NCBI RefSeq assembly: GCF_046119375.1
Contig: NW_027362764.1
Coordinates: 156,426,001 to 156,490,000 of the forward strand
Direction of reading: 5' to 3'
Source: Phyllobates terribilis
Taxonomy: Eukaryota
Length of the DNA stretch: 64,000 nucleotides
Position 1 is the first letter of the stretch. The number at the start of each line of letters is the position of its first letter. Shown here one piece after another: positions 13,124 to 25,100 of the stretch. The notes beneath the pieces are model-generated. The model was not told the DNA's origin. It did not search any database and worked only from the letters and a program-made list of their open reading frames with translations. The translations under genes were made by a program, and so were the position numbers.

Positions 13124-13886
13124 TGTAGTGAGCTGGCCGGCTCTGGCTGTTCTGTGATAATTGATATAGAGCCTGTTACAGAAGTGATTACACAGGATGA
13201 TGTTGCCACCTTGTGGCCAGAGGTTGCACCTGCGCAGGGTGTGATGACAGAGAACAAGACTGAGCCTCCTATGTCCCGCCCTAGAGAGTCACGTGACCAA
13301 AGTGGGAAGCAGGAAAAAGCGCGCGAAGTGTCTGCTGTGGTCTGTGAAAAGAGCCAGGACGGTGTGCAGGCCCTCGTGTGTGGCACAGGAGAGACTCTCA
13401 ACGTGATTTCTTCTATCTAACACCATATCCTCGGAGCCTTTCTGAAGGATTCAGCTGTTACACTCCCTGCTACTGGAGTGTGGACTAAATAAGGGGACCC
13501 ACCAGAGCTTCTATCCGGATCAGAGAGACTGTAAGCGGGACCTCTGGCGAGAGGCCGAAGTATCCCTTCCTTTCTTTCCACGAATTCTGCTGTTCCTGTT
13601 TTTTTTTCCGTCTGGGATGCCCTCCTGCAAAGACAGACAGGCCTGCGACGGGGGACACATCCTTCTGGAGTAAAGGACTGGTAACGTGTGAGTAGGGACA
13701 GTGAGGGTCAGCTTATCAGTACACGTTATTACTGTGCATATTTACGGTTGTCATTTATTGTTTTTCTTTGCTGTGTTAAAAATGTATACGAGTAAAGATA
13801 CGGTTATCAAGATAGAGTCTGTGTGTGGGGATCTTGCTGGGCCAGATCATAGATACCAATGCGCGGCCTTGCCTGCGGTCACTTCA
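13124..13886 (+). repeat. G1 3' LTR (763 bp)
   Basis: Copy of 7247-8024. Confidence 0.95.
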
Positions 13887-14349
13887 TCTGTATAGCTTCC
13901 AATCCGGCATGTGATAGAACTTGCTTCTGTATGAAATTAAAATGCATTAAGTGATGCACTTCCACGGTAAAGGAAGGATTTGACTTTAAGATGTCTTAAA
14001 CTCAAAGCATAAGAACCTCAACATTTTTTTAGTTTTAACTCATCACTTGCTCCAGCATTGGAGGCAAAAAGGAAAAGAAAGTGTGAAACAAATGCAATGC
14101 ATTTAGGGAATGTAAAATGCACATACTAGTTTTGTTTTTTACTTTCACCATTTACATTGCATTACATGGTATAAAGGAAAGCATTAAACTTTTTTTTATC
14201 GTTACCTAAAGTGTACCTAAACTGATTATGCCCTTAGGCTCGAGACATCGATGATGGGTACCTAGGCTCCCATTGATTAACAGTAATTGCATATTATTAA
14301 ACTAGATGGTGGCCCGATTTGAACGCATCGGGTATTCTAGAATAGGTAT

Positions 14350-16315
14350 GCGGCCGACGGGGCGCAATTAGCAGAGCGGCGTTTAAATTTGGCGCCCAAA
14401 TCGCTGATTGGTCGCGTTCGGCAACCGCGACCAATCAGCAAAGCGGTGTTTAAATTTGGCGGCAATATCGGTGATTGGTCGCGGGCGGCGGCCGCGACCA
14501 ATCTGCGAACCGTGTTAATGAGGACTGGAGAGCGTGTTTAAATTTGGCACCAAAATCGCTGATTAGTCGCGATCAATCAGCAGAGCGGTGTTTAAATTTG
14601 GCGACAATACTGCTCATTGGTCGCGGCCGCCGACCGCGACCAATCAGCAGAGCGATGCAGAGCGGGGTTTAAATTTGGCCCCAAGGTCGCTGATTAGTTG
14701 CGTCTGACCCCTGCGACCAATCAGCGATTTTGGCGCAAAATTTAAACAACGCTCTGTTGATTGGTCGCGGCCGTCAGACGCGACTAATCAGCGACTTTGG
14801 GGCCAAATTTAAACCCCGCTCTGCATCGCTCTGCTGATTGGTCGCGGTCGCCGGCCTCGACCAATCAGCAGAGCGTTGTTTAAATTTGGCACCAATCTCG
14901 CTGATTGGACGCGGATGGGGGCCGCGACCAATCAGCAGAGCGGTGTTTAAATTTGGCGCCAAAATCGCTGATTAGTCGCGGCTGACTGCCGCGACCAATT
15001 AGCAGAGCGTTGTTTAAATTTGGCGCCAATACTGCTGATTGATCTCGGCCAGCGACCGCAATCAATCAGCAGAGCGTTGTTTAAATTTGGCGCCAATCTC
15101 GCTGATTGGTCGCGGCTGGCGTCCGCGACCAATTAGCACAGCAGTGTTTAAATGTGACGGCAAGATCGGTGATTGGTCGCGGCCGCTATTTAAATGTGGC
15201 GCCCAAATCGGTGATTGGTCGCGGGCAGCGGCGGCGACCAATCAGCAGAGCGGTGTTTAACTTTAGCGCCAAGATCACTGATTGGTCGCGTGCAGAGAGC
15301 GCGACCAATCAGCGAATCGTATTGGTGAGGAGCGGGGAGCGGAATCGTATTAGTGAGGACCGGGGAGCGCCGCTGCCTGTGTGGCTACTTCCGCTGCGAG
15401 AACCCGGGACATGAGCGACTGCTCAGAGCAGAAGTATCCCGACCCGCAGCGCCGCTACCCGGTCCTCCCTTCACACCCTAGCCGCTGATGTCCCCACAGT
15501 ATCCGCATGGTGTTAAAAATCACTGATTGGTCGCCGACGCTGGCCGCGACCAATCACCAATTTGGGCGCCAAATTTAAATATCGGACGCGACCAATCACC
15601 AATCTTGGCTCCAGATTTAAACACCGCTGTGCTGATTGGTCGCGGCCGATATTTAAATTTGGCACCCAAATCGGTGATTGGTCGCGGGCGGCGCCAGCGA
15701 CCAATCAGCGATTTTTAACACAAATGTCCGGATCTTTGTAACACCATGCGGATACTGTGGGGACATCAGCGGCTAGGGTGTGAAGGGAGGACCGGGGAGC
15801 GGCGCTGCGGGTTGGGATACTTCTGCTGCGAGCGCCCGCTCATGTCCCGGGTTCTCGGAGCGGAAGTATCCGCACAGGCAGCGCCGCTGACATCCATGCG
15901 GCTAGGGCGTGAAGGGAGGACCGGGGAGCGGCGCTGACATCCAATTGGTCGCGGCCGCTATTTAAATCTACGGCACAAATCGGTGATTGGTTGCGGTCTT
16001 GGCCCGCGACCAATCACTGATCTTGCGGCTAAAGTTAACCACTACTGTGCTGATTGGTCGCGGACGCTGCCCGAGACCAATCACCGATTTGGGCGCCAAA
16101 TTTAAATATCGGCCGCGACCAATCACGATCTTGGCTCCAGATTTAAACACCGCTGTGCTGATTGGTCGCGGCCGATATTTAAATTTGGCGCCCAAATCGG
16201 TGATTGGTCGCGGGCAGCGTCCGTGGCCAATCAGCACAGCGGTATTTAACTTTTGCGCTAAGATCAGTGATTGGTCGGGTCCGAAGACCGCGACCAATCA
16301 TCGAATCGTCTTGGT
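14350..16315. repeat. Palindromic array of ~60-bp CCAAT/ATTGG units inside the Helitron
   Basis: Repeated CTGATTGGTCGCGGCCGCGACCAATCAG and TTTAAATTTGGCGCC units in both orientations. Confidence 0.92.
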
Positions 16316-16719
16316 GAGGACCGGGGAGCGGCGCTGCCTGTGCGGCTACTTCCGCTGCGAGAACCCGGGACATAGCGGGAGCTCGCAGCAGAAGTATCCC
16401 GACCCGCAGCGCCGCTCCCCGGTCCTCCCTTCCGCATGGAGGTCAGCGGCGCCGGCGGTCCTTCCGCTGCTACCGGCCGGGAGATGAGCGCCTCGCGCCG
16501 CTCATCTCCCGGCTGCATCTCTGTCCCGCAGATGGGTCCGGCGGTCGGGTTCCTTCTGCTGATACCGGCCGGGAGATAAGCGCCTCGTGGTGCTCATCTC
16601 CCGGCTGCATCGTCGCTCAGCTCCGTCCCGCAGATCAGCCGCTAACGGCCGCCATCTTTTTTCTGAAATCCCGCGGCGGTGATTGGCCGCTGCCGGACCA
16701 ATGAGCGACGCGGGATTTC

Positions 16720-16773
16720 CTGGACAGACAGACAGACACACAGACACACAGACAGACAGACAGACAGACAGAC
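16720..16773. repeat. (ACAG)n microsatellite
   Basis: Direct reading. Confidence 0.9.
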
Positions 16774-17250
16774 GGGATAAGACAATTATATAGTAGATGC
16801 ATTGGGGTATACTGTATCTAAATGATGTTAAAGGGAACCTGTGAAGGAAATATATAATTGTACCTGAAATGTATAACAGCAGTAGAGTTACATTTAGTTG
16901 ACAAAAGGAAAAACTGGATTTTACAGTATTGCCAGAACTAAGGGGCTTTTGCTGGAGGTGTCAAACATGGCACCTCAGCACCAGGACCCTGAGCTTCAAA
17001 GGGTTAGCATATGGTCATTATAACCAAGCTGAATATTTCCTATGTACTCTATGGAGGGAGTAGCTAGAGACACAGGATATTTGAAATGCAAGGCCCTTGC
17101 CCCTAAATTAGCACAGTGTCTAGTCACAAACAGCAATTTTTAAATAGTCCAATCCAGGCCACCCTGGAAACCCAAGCCGGGGTCAACCATATAAAAGCTG
17201 TTTTACACAAAAGAAAGTTGTTCACATGTTGGGGCCTGGCTAGTGTAGCA

Positions 17251-18263
17251 TGTAGCATCGGCGTCTCTGCCTCCTGCCAGGCAGAGACACCGTTCCCCTC
17301 ACTGCCGCGGTCCTGGTCCGGCGTCTTCCTGCTCCCCTGCTGCTGTGGCGCGCACCGTGCGCAGCTTCCCAGGCACCGTGCTTAGGGCGCGCGCGTCCTC
17401 CCTCCCTCTAAAAGGGGCCGCGTGCGCCTTCCTAAAGAGTCCCCGGCCAATGGCCGGAGTACTTCTCCTATATAAGGTACCTCCTCCAAAATGGAGGTGC
17501 ATGTACAAGGTTGTTGTTCCATGTGCTCACACTTGCTTCAGCCCTCAGGCCCCGCTGCCAGTCAGTCCAGCCCGTCAGTCTGTCTTACAGTCCAGCCCGC
17601 CAGTCTGTCTACAGTCCAGCCCACCTGTCTGTCTAATAGTTCTGCCCGCCAGTCTGCCAGTTACCTGCTGTGCCCGCCAGCCTGCCTACCTGGACCACCT
17701 GCCAGTAACCTGCCGTGCCCGCCTGCCTGCCTACCTGGAGCACCTGCCAGTTACTTACAAGGCCCGCCAGCCTGCCTACCCGGAGCACCTGTCTGGCTAT
17801 CCGCCGTGCCCGCCTGCTTGCCTACCTGGAGCACCAGCCAGTTACCTGCCGTGCCCACCAGCCTGCCTACCTGGAGCACCTGCCAGTTACCTGCGTGCCC
17901 GCCAGCCTGCCTACCCGGAGCACCTGTCTGGCTATCCACCGTGCCCGCCTGCTTGACTACCCAGAGCACCTGTCTGACTATCTGCCGTACCTGCCTACTG
18001 ATCTACCCGGACCACCCGTCTGCCTTCCTGCCGTGCTCATCTGCTGTACCGGTCAGTTCCTGTCATCTGACCTGGGAGTCACCTGCTCTCACACAAGGTC
18101 AGTCCCAAAGTGGCACCTGGTTCACCTGTCCTGTCCCTCCCTGGTTCACGGAGTCGACTAAGCCGCCGTGTGACCTGGGTCAGGCAGAGTAGGCACTTAG
18201 TCACGCCCCTCTGGTCCCTCCTTGCACCGAAGCACAGAGGTTCCACCACCCGGACCCGTAACA
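17251..18263 (+). repeat. Element A 5' LTR with TATA (17469) and internal 45-bp tandem repeats
   Basis: TGTAGC...GTAACA; homologous to the reverse complement of 20948-22177. Confidence 0.88.
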
Positions 18264-18276
18264 GTTTGCACAGGCC

Positions 18277-19205
18277 ATGGAACCTGGTGGCCCCCAGGCT
18301 CCTTCGCTCTCTGACCTGTACCAGGAGGTCTCACGTCAGAGATCCCAACAGGAACCTATCCTGTCCTATCTGCGAAGTCCCATCTGGACACGCTGTCCAC
18401 TCTGTCTGTGTCCGTCTCTAGCCGAGCGGCACCTCAACCCAGTGGCACAGTGGCACCCGGCTTTGGACCCCAACTCTCTGCGCCTCCTCATTTTGGTGGT
18501 GACCTCGTCTTATGTCGGGGCTTCATAAATCAGTGCACACTGCACTTTGAACTCCTGGCACACTACTTCACCTCTGACCGGGCCAAGGTGGCGTTCATCA
18601 TGTCTCACCTCTCCGGGGAGGCATTGGAATGGCTAAACCCTCTGTGGGAAAGAGGGGATCCCCTGGTGTCCGATCTTCTGGCTTTCCTCGCTGCCTTCCG
18701 GAAGGTCTTCGATAAGCCCGGAAGAAAATCTTCTACTGCCTCCTCACTTCTCCGTCTCCGCCAAGGGAGTCTCACTGTGGGCCAGTATGCCATACTTTTC
18801 CGAACCCTCGCATCTGAACTTGCCTGGCACAACGAGGCCCTGGTGTCCACCTTTTGGGAGGGTCTTTCCGGATGGATCAAGGATGAGCTAGCCCGTCGTG
18901 ACATCCCTTCCACCCTGGACGACCTGGTGTCATTAGCTACAAGGATTGCCATCCGTTTTCTGGAACGTGCTAAGGAGACTACCCGGGAGAGAAGATTTCC
19001 GCGTCTCGCTCCAACATTCCAAAGGCCAGCCTCACAACCAGCAATTCCCCGGGCATGTTCGCCTGAGCCTATGCAAATTGACCAAACCAAGATGGTCAAG
19101 TCTCGCCTGGAGACGTGCTGAGCCGAGGGGAGTTGCTTCTACTGTGGCAGTATAGAGCATCTGATCCGTTCCTGCCCGGTGAGGCCGGGAAACTCCATTG
19201 TCTAG
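18277..19205 (+). pseudogene. gag: Sushi/PEG10-like Gag, frameshifted
   Basis: PPHFGGD...CRGFINQC.LHFEL...KVAFIMSHLSGEALEW; EPMQID; CFYCGSIEHLIRSC. Confidence 0.9.
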
Positions 19206-20947
19206 GACAGCTCGGAGAGGTCGTCCTAGGCAAGAGTAAATCCTCTCCATCCTTGACTCTGTCTGTTTCTATTTCCAGTGGTGATACCCGCTTCTTCGAG
19301 ACTGCCCATCTGGATTCCGGAGCCGCTGGAAATCTCATTCAACAGGCTGTTGTGGAGCGGTATCAGATTCCTACCGTACGTCTGGCTCAAACGTTGGCGG
19401 TTGCCTCCGTGGATGGGAGACTTCTTCCGGAAACCATCTTGCTCTTCACAGAGCCTGTAACCCTTCAGGTGGGAATGCTGCACTCGGAGAAGATCTCCTT
19501 TCATGTGCTGTCCGGTCTCTCTCACCCCCTCTTGCTTGGTCTACCCTGGTTACAAAGACATAAGCCCGTCCTTAATTGGAGATCTGGTGAAATGCTTCGT
19601 TGGGGTCAGGAATGCCATGAGTAATGTCTAATTCTGGTTCGTCCTGCTCAACCCCTGTCTTCTCTGGCTAATCTACCTCATCTGCCGGCACCCTACTGGT
19701 CCTATGCGGACATCTTTGACAAAAAGGTAGCGGAGACACTATCCCCTCATAGGCCGTATGATTGCCCCATCGACCTAGTACCTGGTGCTTCTCCTCCTCG
19801 CGGGCGAATCTACCCCTTGTCGCTGGCTGAGACCCGGGCCATGTCTGAGTACATAGAAGAGAATCTTGCTAGGGGATTTATCCAGAAATCCACCTCTCCG
19901 GCTGGAGCAGGATTCTTCTTCGTCAAGAAGAAAGACGGCTCTCTACGTCCCTGTATCGATTACAGGGGCCTTAACCAGATTACCATCAAAAATAAGTACC
20001 CCCTGCCTCTCATCTCGGAACTGTTTGACTGTCTTAAAGGCGTGAAGATCTTCACCAAGCTCGATCTTCGTGGGGCGTACAATTTGGTCCGGATCCGCCA
20101 GGGAGACGAGTGGAAGACGGCATTCAACACCCGGGACGGTCACTACGAATGCCGAGTGATGCCCTTTGGTCTCTGTAATGTTCCAGCCATCTTCCAGGAG
20201 CTGGTTAACGACATCTTCGTTGACCTCCTGTATACTTACGTGGTGGTGAACCTGGACGATATCTTGGTTTTCTCTCCGGATCTGCCCTCACACCGGAGGG
20301 ATGTTCGTCAGGTTCTGCTTAGGCTCCGGAAGAATCGCCTATACGCTAAATTCGAGAAATGCCTCTTTGAGCAGACCTCTCTGCTGTTCCTGGGCTATAT
20401 TATCTCCAAGACTGGTCTGCGGATAGATCCGGAGAAGGTGTCCGCTGTCTTAAAGTGGCCCCGACAGGAGGGGTTGAAGGCGATTCAGCGATTCCGGGGC
20501 TTCGCAAACTATTACCGCCTCTTCATTCCTCATTTCTCCTCCCAGACTGCTCCCATCTCCGCGCTCACCCGTAAAGGAGCAAATCCCAGGGAATGGACTT
20601 ACGAAGCGGAGAAGGCCTTCATCTCCCTTAAACAAGCCTTCTCCTCCGCTCCTGTGCTGCACCATCCAGATTGCAACAAGCAGTTCTTCCTGGAGGTTGA
20701 TGCATCCTCCTCCGGAGCCGGAGCGGTGCTCACCCAGAAATCCTCGTCCGTGAGAATGGTAACCTGCGGCTTCTTCTCCAAGCTCTTCTCCTCGTCCGAG
20801 CGCAACTACTCCATAGGAGATCGTGAGCTGCTGACCATCAAATTAGCGCTGGAGGAATGGCACTACTTGCTGGAGGGGTCTCTGCACCCGGTGGTCATCT
20901 ACACTGACCACAAAAACCTCTCTTATTTACAGAACACCCAAAGACTA
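19187..20947 (+). pseudogene. pol: Element A Pol (PR, RT with NLDD instead of YLDD, partial RNase H)
   Basis: LDSGAAGN; KKKDGSLRPCIDYRGLN; VNLDD; FLEVDAS. GGGAAAC slippery site at 19187-19193. Confidence 0.9.
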
Positions 20948-22177
20948 TGTAACGGGTCTTGTTGGTGGAACCACAGAGCAACTATACAAAGGGGCAGTCC
21001 TTGTAAGGAAGCGGGTGACACCCAGGGAAGGCAGGCAGGCAGTCACGGCTAGTGACGGGGACAGTCTCTGGGTAAGAGGGCAGGAGGTCACGGCAAGTGA
21101 CGGGGACAGTCTCTGGGTAAGAGGGCAGGAGGTCACGGCAAGTGACGGGGACAGTCTCTTGACAGGCGGGTGGTCACGGCAAGTGATGGCTAAGCCTCCA
21201 GGTAGGCCAGCAGGCAGGTAGCAGGTGGACGCTCCCAGGTGAGCGGGCGAGAGTCTCTGGACAAGCGGGTGGTCACAGCAAGTGACGGCTGAGCCTCCAG
21301 GTAGGCAAGCAGGCAGGTAGCAGGTGGACGCTCCCAGGTGAGCGGGCGAGAGTCTCTGGACAAGCGGGTGGTCACAGCAAGTGACGGCAGAGCCTCCAGG
21401 TAGGCTAACAGGCAGGTAACAGGTGGACGCTCCCAGGTGAGCGGGTAAGAGTCTCTGGACGGGCAGGTGGTCACAGCACGTGACGGCAGAGCCTCCAGGT
21501 AGGCTAGCAGGCAGGTGGCAGGTGGACGCTCCCAGGTGAGCGGGCAAGATTCTCTGGACAGGCAGGTGGTCACAGCACGTGACGGCAGAGCCTCCAGGTA
21601 GGCTAGCAGGCAGGTAGCAGGTGAGCGCTCCCAGGTGAGCGGGCAAGAGACACTGGACGGGCAGGTGGTCACAGCACGTGACGGCAGAGGCTCCAGGTAG
21701 GCTAGCAGGCAGGTAGCAGGTGAGCGCTCCCAGGTGAGCGGGCAGACGGATCCATAGACAGACTGGCAGGGCTGGTAGGCAGACTGTCGGACCGCAGGAA
21801 TAACAGCAGATAGACACGAGTCAGGCAGGTATCAGACAGGAAACTGGCAGGTAGCTGTCAGGTAACTGGCAGGTAACTGGAAACGGGACCTGAGGGCTGA
21901 AGCAGAGTGATGAAATATGCTACAACATTGCTCGGGCACCTCCTTTTTGGAGGAGGTGCCTTATATATGGAGAGGTCCTCCGGCCATTGGCCGGGGACTC
22001 CTTAGGATGGCGCGCGCGGCCCCTTTAAGAGAGGGGGAGCGCGCGCGCGCCCTAAGCACAGTGACCGGGGAGGAGCGCGCGCTGCCAGCAGAGTGGGAGG
22101 AAGATGCCGGGCACGGAGCGGAGAGGTGAGGGGAACAGCGTCCCTGCCTAGCAGGAGGCAGGGACGCCGACGCTACA
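20948..22177 (-). repeat. Element B 3' LTR (1230 bp) with 3x45-bp and 6x99-bp tandem units
   Basis: TGTAGCG...GTTACA. CAGGTG(G/A) landmarks recur at 21222, 21321, 21420, 21519, 21618 and 21717. Confidence 0.92.
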
Positions 22178-25100
22178 GTACCCCCCCCCTTTAGGCCCCC
22201 CCTTTTTTAGGCCAGATAGAAATTTACCAAGGATGAGAGGGGCATGGATGTTCTCCTGGGGCTCCCACGTTCTCTCCTCAGGACCAAACCCCTTCCAATC
22301 TACTAGAAAAAAGGTCTTTCCTCTTACCCTTTTGGTGGCCAGAATGTTCTCTACCTCAAACTCGTTTTCAGCAGAAACCGGAGCAGGAGGCGTACCTGTA
22401 GACTTGGAAAAAGAGTTAAGTACCACGGGCTTGAGGAGAGATACATGGAAGGAATTAGGGATCCGCAAGTTGGCCGGGAGTTTCAATTTATAGGCCACCG
22501 GGTTGATCTGTTTGATAACCTCCAGTGGGCCGATGAACCGAGGCCCTAACTTGTAGGAAGGAACCTTGAGCCGGACATACTTGGACTAGAGCCAGACTTT
22601 ATCTCCAGGACGGAATTGTGGAGGATCCAGGCGTTTTTTGTCAGCGTGTTTTTTCATCCGCTCGGACAACTGAAGGAGTACGGACCGGGTACTCTCCCAA
22701 ATGGAGGAAAATTTGCTAACGAGAGATTTCGCAGCCGGATTGTCCACCGAGGTGGAGACGGGAAATGGGATCCTAGGATGCTGACCGAAGACTACAAAAA
22801 ACGGGAATTTGGAGGAAGATTCGCTCTCGTGATTATTGTAAGAGAATTCGCCCCATGGCAGGAGATCCACCCAGTCTGAATGGTGGGCATTAACGAAGTG
22901 CCGGAGGTAACTGGTCAGGATCTGATTGATCCGCTCCACTTGACCATTGGACTGTGGGTGGTAAGCGGAGGAGAAGTCCAGGGTGACGTCTAGCAGCTTA
23001 CATGTGGCTCTCCAGAAGCGTGAGGTGAACTGAACCCCACGATCCGACACGATGTGGAGGGGCAGGCCATGAAGACGGAAGATGTGGCGGATAAAGTCTT
23101 TAGCCAGCTCGGGTGCAGACGGGAGGCCTGGCAGGGGAATGAAATGAGCCATTTTGGAAAAGCGGTCAGCGACCACCCAAATGACCGTACAACCGGCAGA
23201 GACAGGGAGATCTGTTATGAAGTCCATAGCTATATGCTGCCAGGGGGCAGCAGGTACTGGAAGAGGAAGGAGGCGACCGGCTGGCAGGTGTCTCGAAACC
23301 TTGTTGCGGGCGCTGGACACACAGGCAGAAACAAAGTCTATTACGTCCTTGTGCAGGGTAGGCCACCAGTAGTGCCGGGTGATAAGCTGGAGGGTCTTTT
23401 TCTGACCGGCGTGGCCAGCTAGCTTAGACGAGTGACCCCAGTGTAGGATCTTCTCCCGATCAGGTACCGTTACGAACGTCTTACCGGGAGGGAGACGATT
23501 TAGACTCACGGGGGCCACCTGCATTACTCTGGCGGGATCGATGATGTGTTTAGGTTCCTCCTCAAGATCAGACACCAGGAAGGATCGGGACAAGGCGTCA
23601 GCTTTGATGTTTTTGTCAGCCGGGCGAAAATGAAGAACAAAATCAAAGCGAGCAAAAAACAAGGACCACCGGGCTTGGCGCGGGTTAAGTCTCTGGGCAC
23701 TCTGGAGGTAAGCCAAGTTCTTGTGGTCCGTGTAAATTATTACTGTGTGAAGAGCCCCCTCGAGCAGGTAACGCCACTCCTCCAATGCCAGCTTAATGGC
23801 CAATAACTCTTGGTCTCCTATAGAATAGTTGCGCTCAGAAGAGGAGAAGAGTTTGGAGAAGAAGCCGCAAGTTACCATTCTCCCGGAAGATGATTTTTGG
23901 GTAAGTACCGCTCCGGCTCCAGAGGAGGAGGCGTCAACTTCCAGGAAGAATTGCTTGTTGCCGTCCGGGCGATGCAGCACCGGGGCGGAAGAGAAAGCCT
24001 GTTTTAAGGAAAGAAAGGCTTCCTCTGCTTCGGGCGGCCATTCTCTTGGATTAGTGCCCTTACGGGTGAGCGCAGAGATTGGGGCAGTCCGGGAAGAGAA
24101 GTGCGGTATGAAGAGGCGGTAGTAGTTGGCGAAGCCCAGGAACCGCTGAATAGCCTTCAACCCCTCTCGTCGAGGCCACTTCTCGATGGCAGACAGTTTC
24201 TCAGGATCCATTCGTAGGCCGATCTGAGAAATTATGTAGCCCAAAAACGGAAGCGAGGTCTGCTCAAAGAGGCACTTCTCATATTTAGCATAGAGGTGGT
24301 TCTGCCTGAGCCTGAGCAGGACCTGACGAACGTCCCTCCGGTGAGTCTGGAGATCCGGAGAGAAGACCAAGATGTCGTCCAGGTACACCACTACGCAGGA
24401 GTAGAGAAGGTCCCGGAAGATGTCATTGACCAACTCTTGAAAGACGGCGGGAGCGTTACAGAGACCAAAGGACATTACCAGATATTCATAGTGGCCGTCC
24501 CGGGTGTTGAATGCCGTCTTCCATTCATCCCCCTGACGGATACGGACCAGGTTATAGGCCCCACGGAGGTCCAGCTTGGTGAAGATTCTAGCCCCCCTCA
24601 GACGGTCAAATAATTCCGGAATGAGCGGAAGGGGGTATTTATTCTTCACGTGATCTGGTTAAGGCCTCTATAGTCTATACAGGGACAGAGAGAGCCGTCC
24701 TTCTTTTTAACGAAGAAGAAGCCTGCTCTCGCCGGGGAGGTAGATTTTCGGATAAATCCCCGGGCCAGATTCTCCTCAATATATTCAGACATAGACCGGG
24801 TCTCAGCAGCGAACAACGGGTAAATACGCCCACGGGGAGGAGTAGTGCCGGGTAACAGGTCGATTGGGCAGTCGTATGGTCTATGAGGGGGTAATGTCTC
24901 TGCCTCCTTTTTATTAAAGACGTCCGCATAAGAGCAATAAGGAATCGGAAGTCCAGGTAGATTAGCTGGGGTAGGAGAAGGACGGACAGGATGGACGGGA
25001 ACTAAACAAGTCTTATGGCAGTCCTGTCCCCACCGAAGGACTTCTCCGGTCTGCCAATCAAGCACGGGTGCATGTCTCTGAAGCCAAGGTAGGCCTAGCA

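Larger units (their letters stand above)
8993..13420 (+). pseudogene. pol: G1 Pol (protease, RT, RNase H, integrase); one frame, two in-frame stops
   Basis: LMDTGSQ protease; LIYLDD RT; TDAS/TDN RNase H; H-H-C-C and D-D-E integrase. ORFs 8837, 9512 and 12182 share a frame, split only by TAG 9509 and TGA 12158. Confidence 0.95.
7247..13886 (+). mobile_element. Ty3/Gypsy LTR retrotransposon G1, near full length, tRNA-Ser primed
   Basis: Two LTRs (TGTAG...CTTCA), PBS, PPT and gag-PR-RT-RNaseH-IN domain order. Confidence 0.97.
14302..16797 (-). mobile_element. Non-autonomous Helitron
   Basis: The minus strand starts TCTACTATATAATTG and ends with a hairpin CCCGAT-8nt-ATCGGG (14313-14332) about 10 nt before CTAG. 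Inserted between A and T with no TSD; (ACAG)n near the 5' end. Confidence 0.88.
17251..20947 (+). mobile_element. Tf1/sushi-type Gypsy element A, 3'-truncated
   Basis: LTR, gag, protease and RT present; RNase H breaks off at LQNTQRL where an antisense LTR begins. Confidence 0.92.

Noticed and set aside
14475-16487. Overlapping ORFs on both strands in the Helitron
   Set aside because: They arise from palindromic GC-rich repeats; there are no Rep/helicase motifs.
17345-21817. Cys/Pro-rich ORFs in LTRs as env-like or accessory genes
   Set aside because: They map to LTR tandem repeats, mostly start at GTG/TTG or upstream of the predicted TSS, and have no signal peptide or TM architecture.
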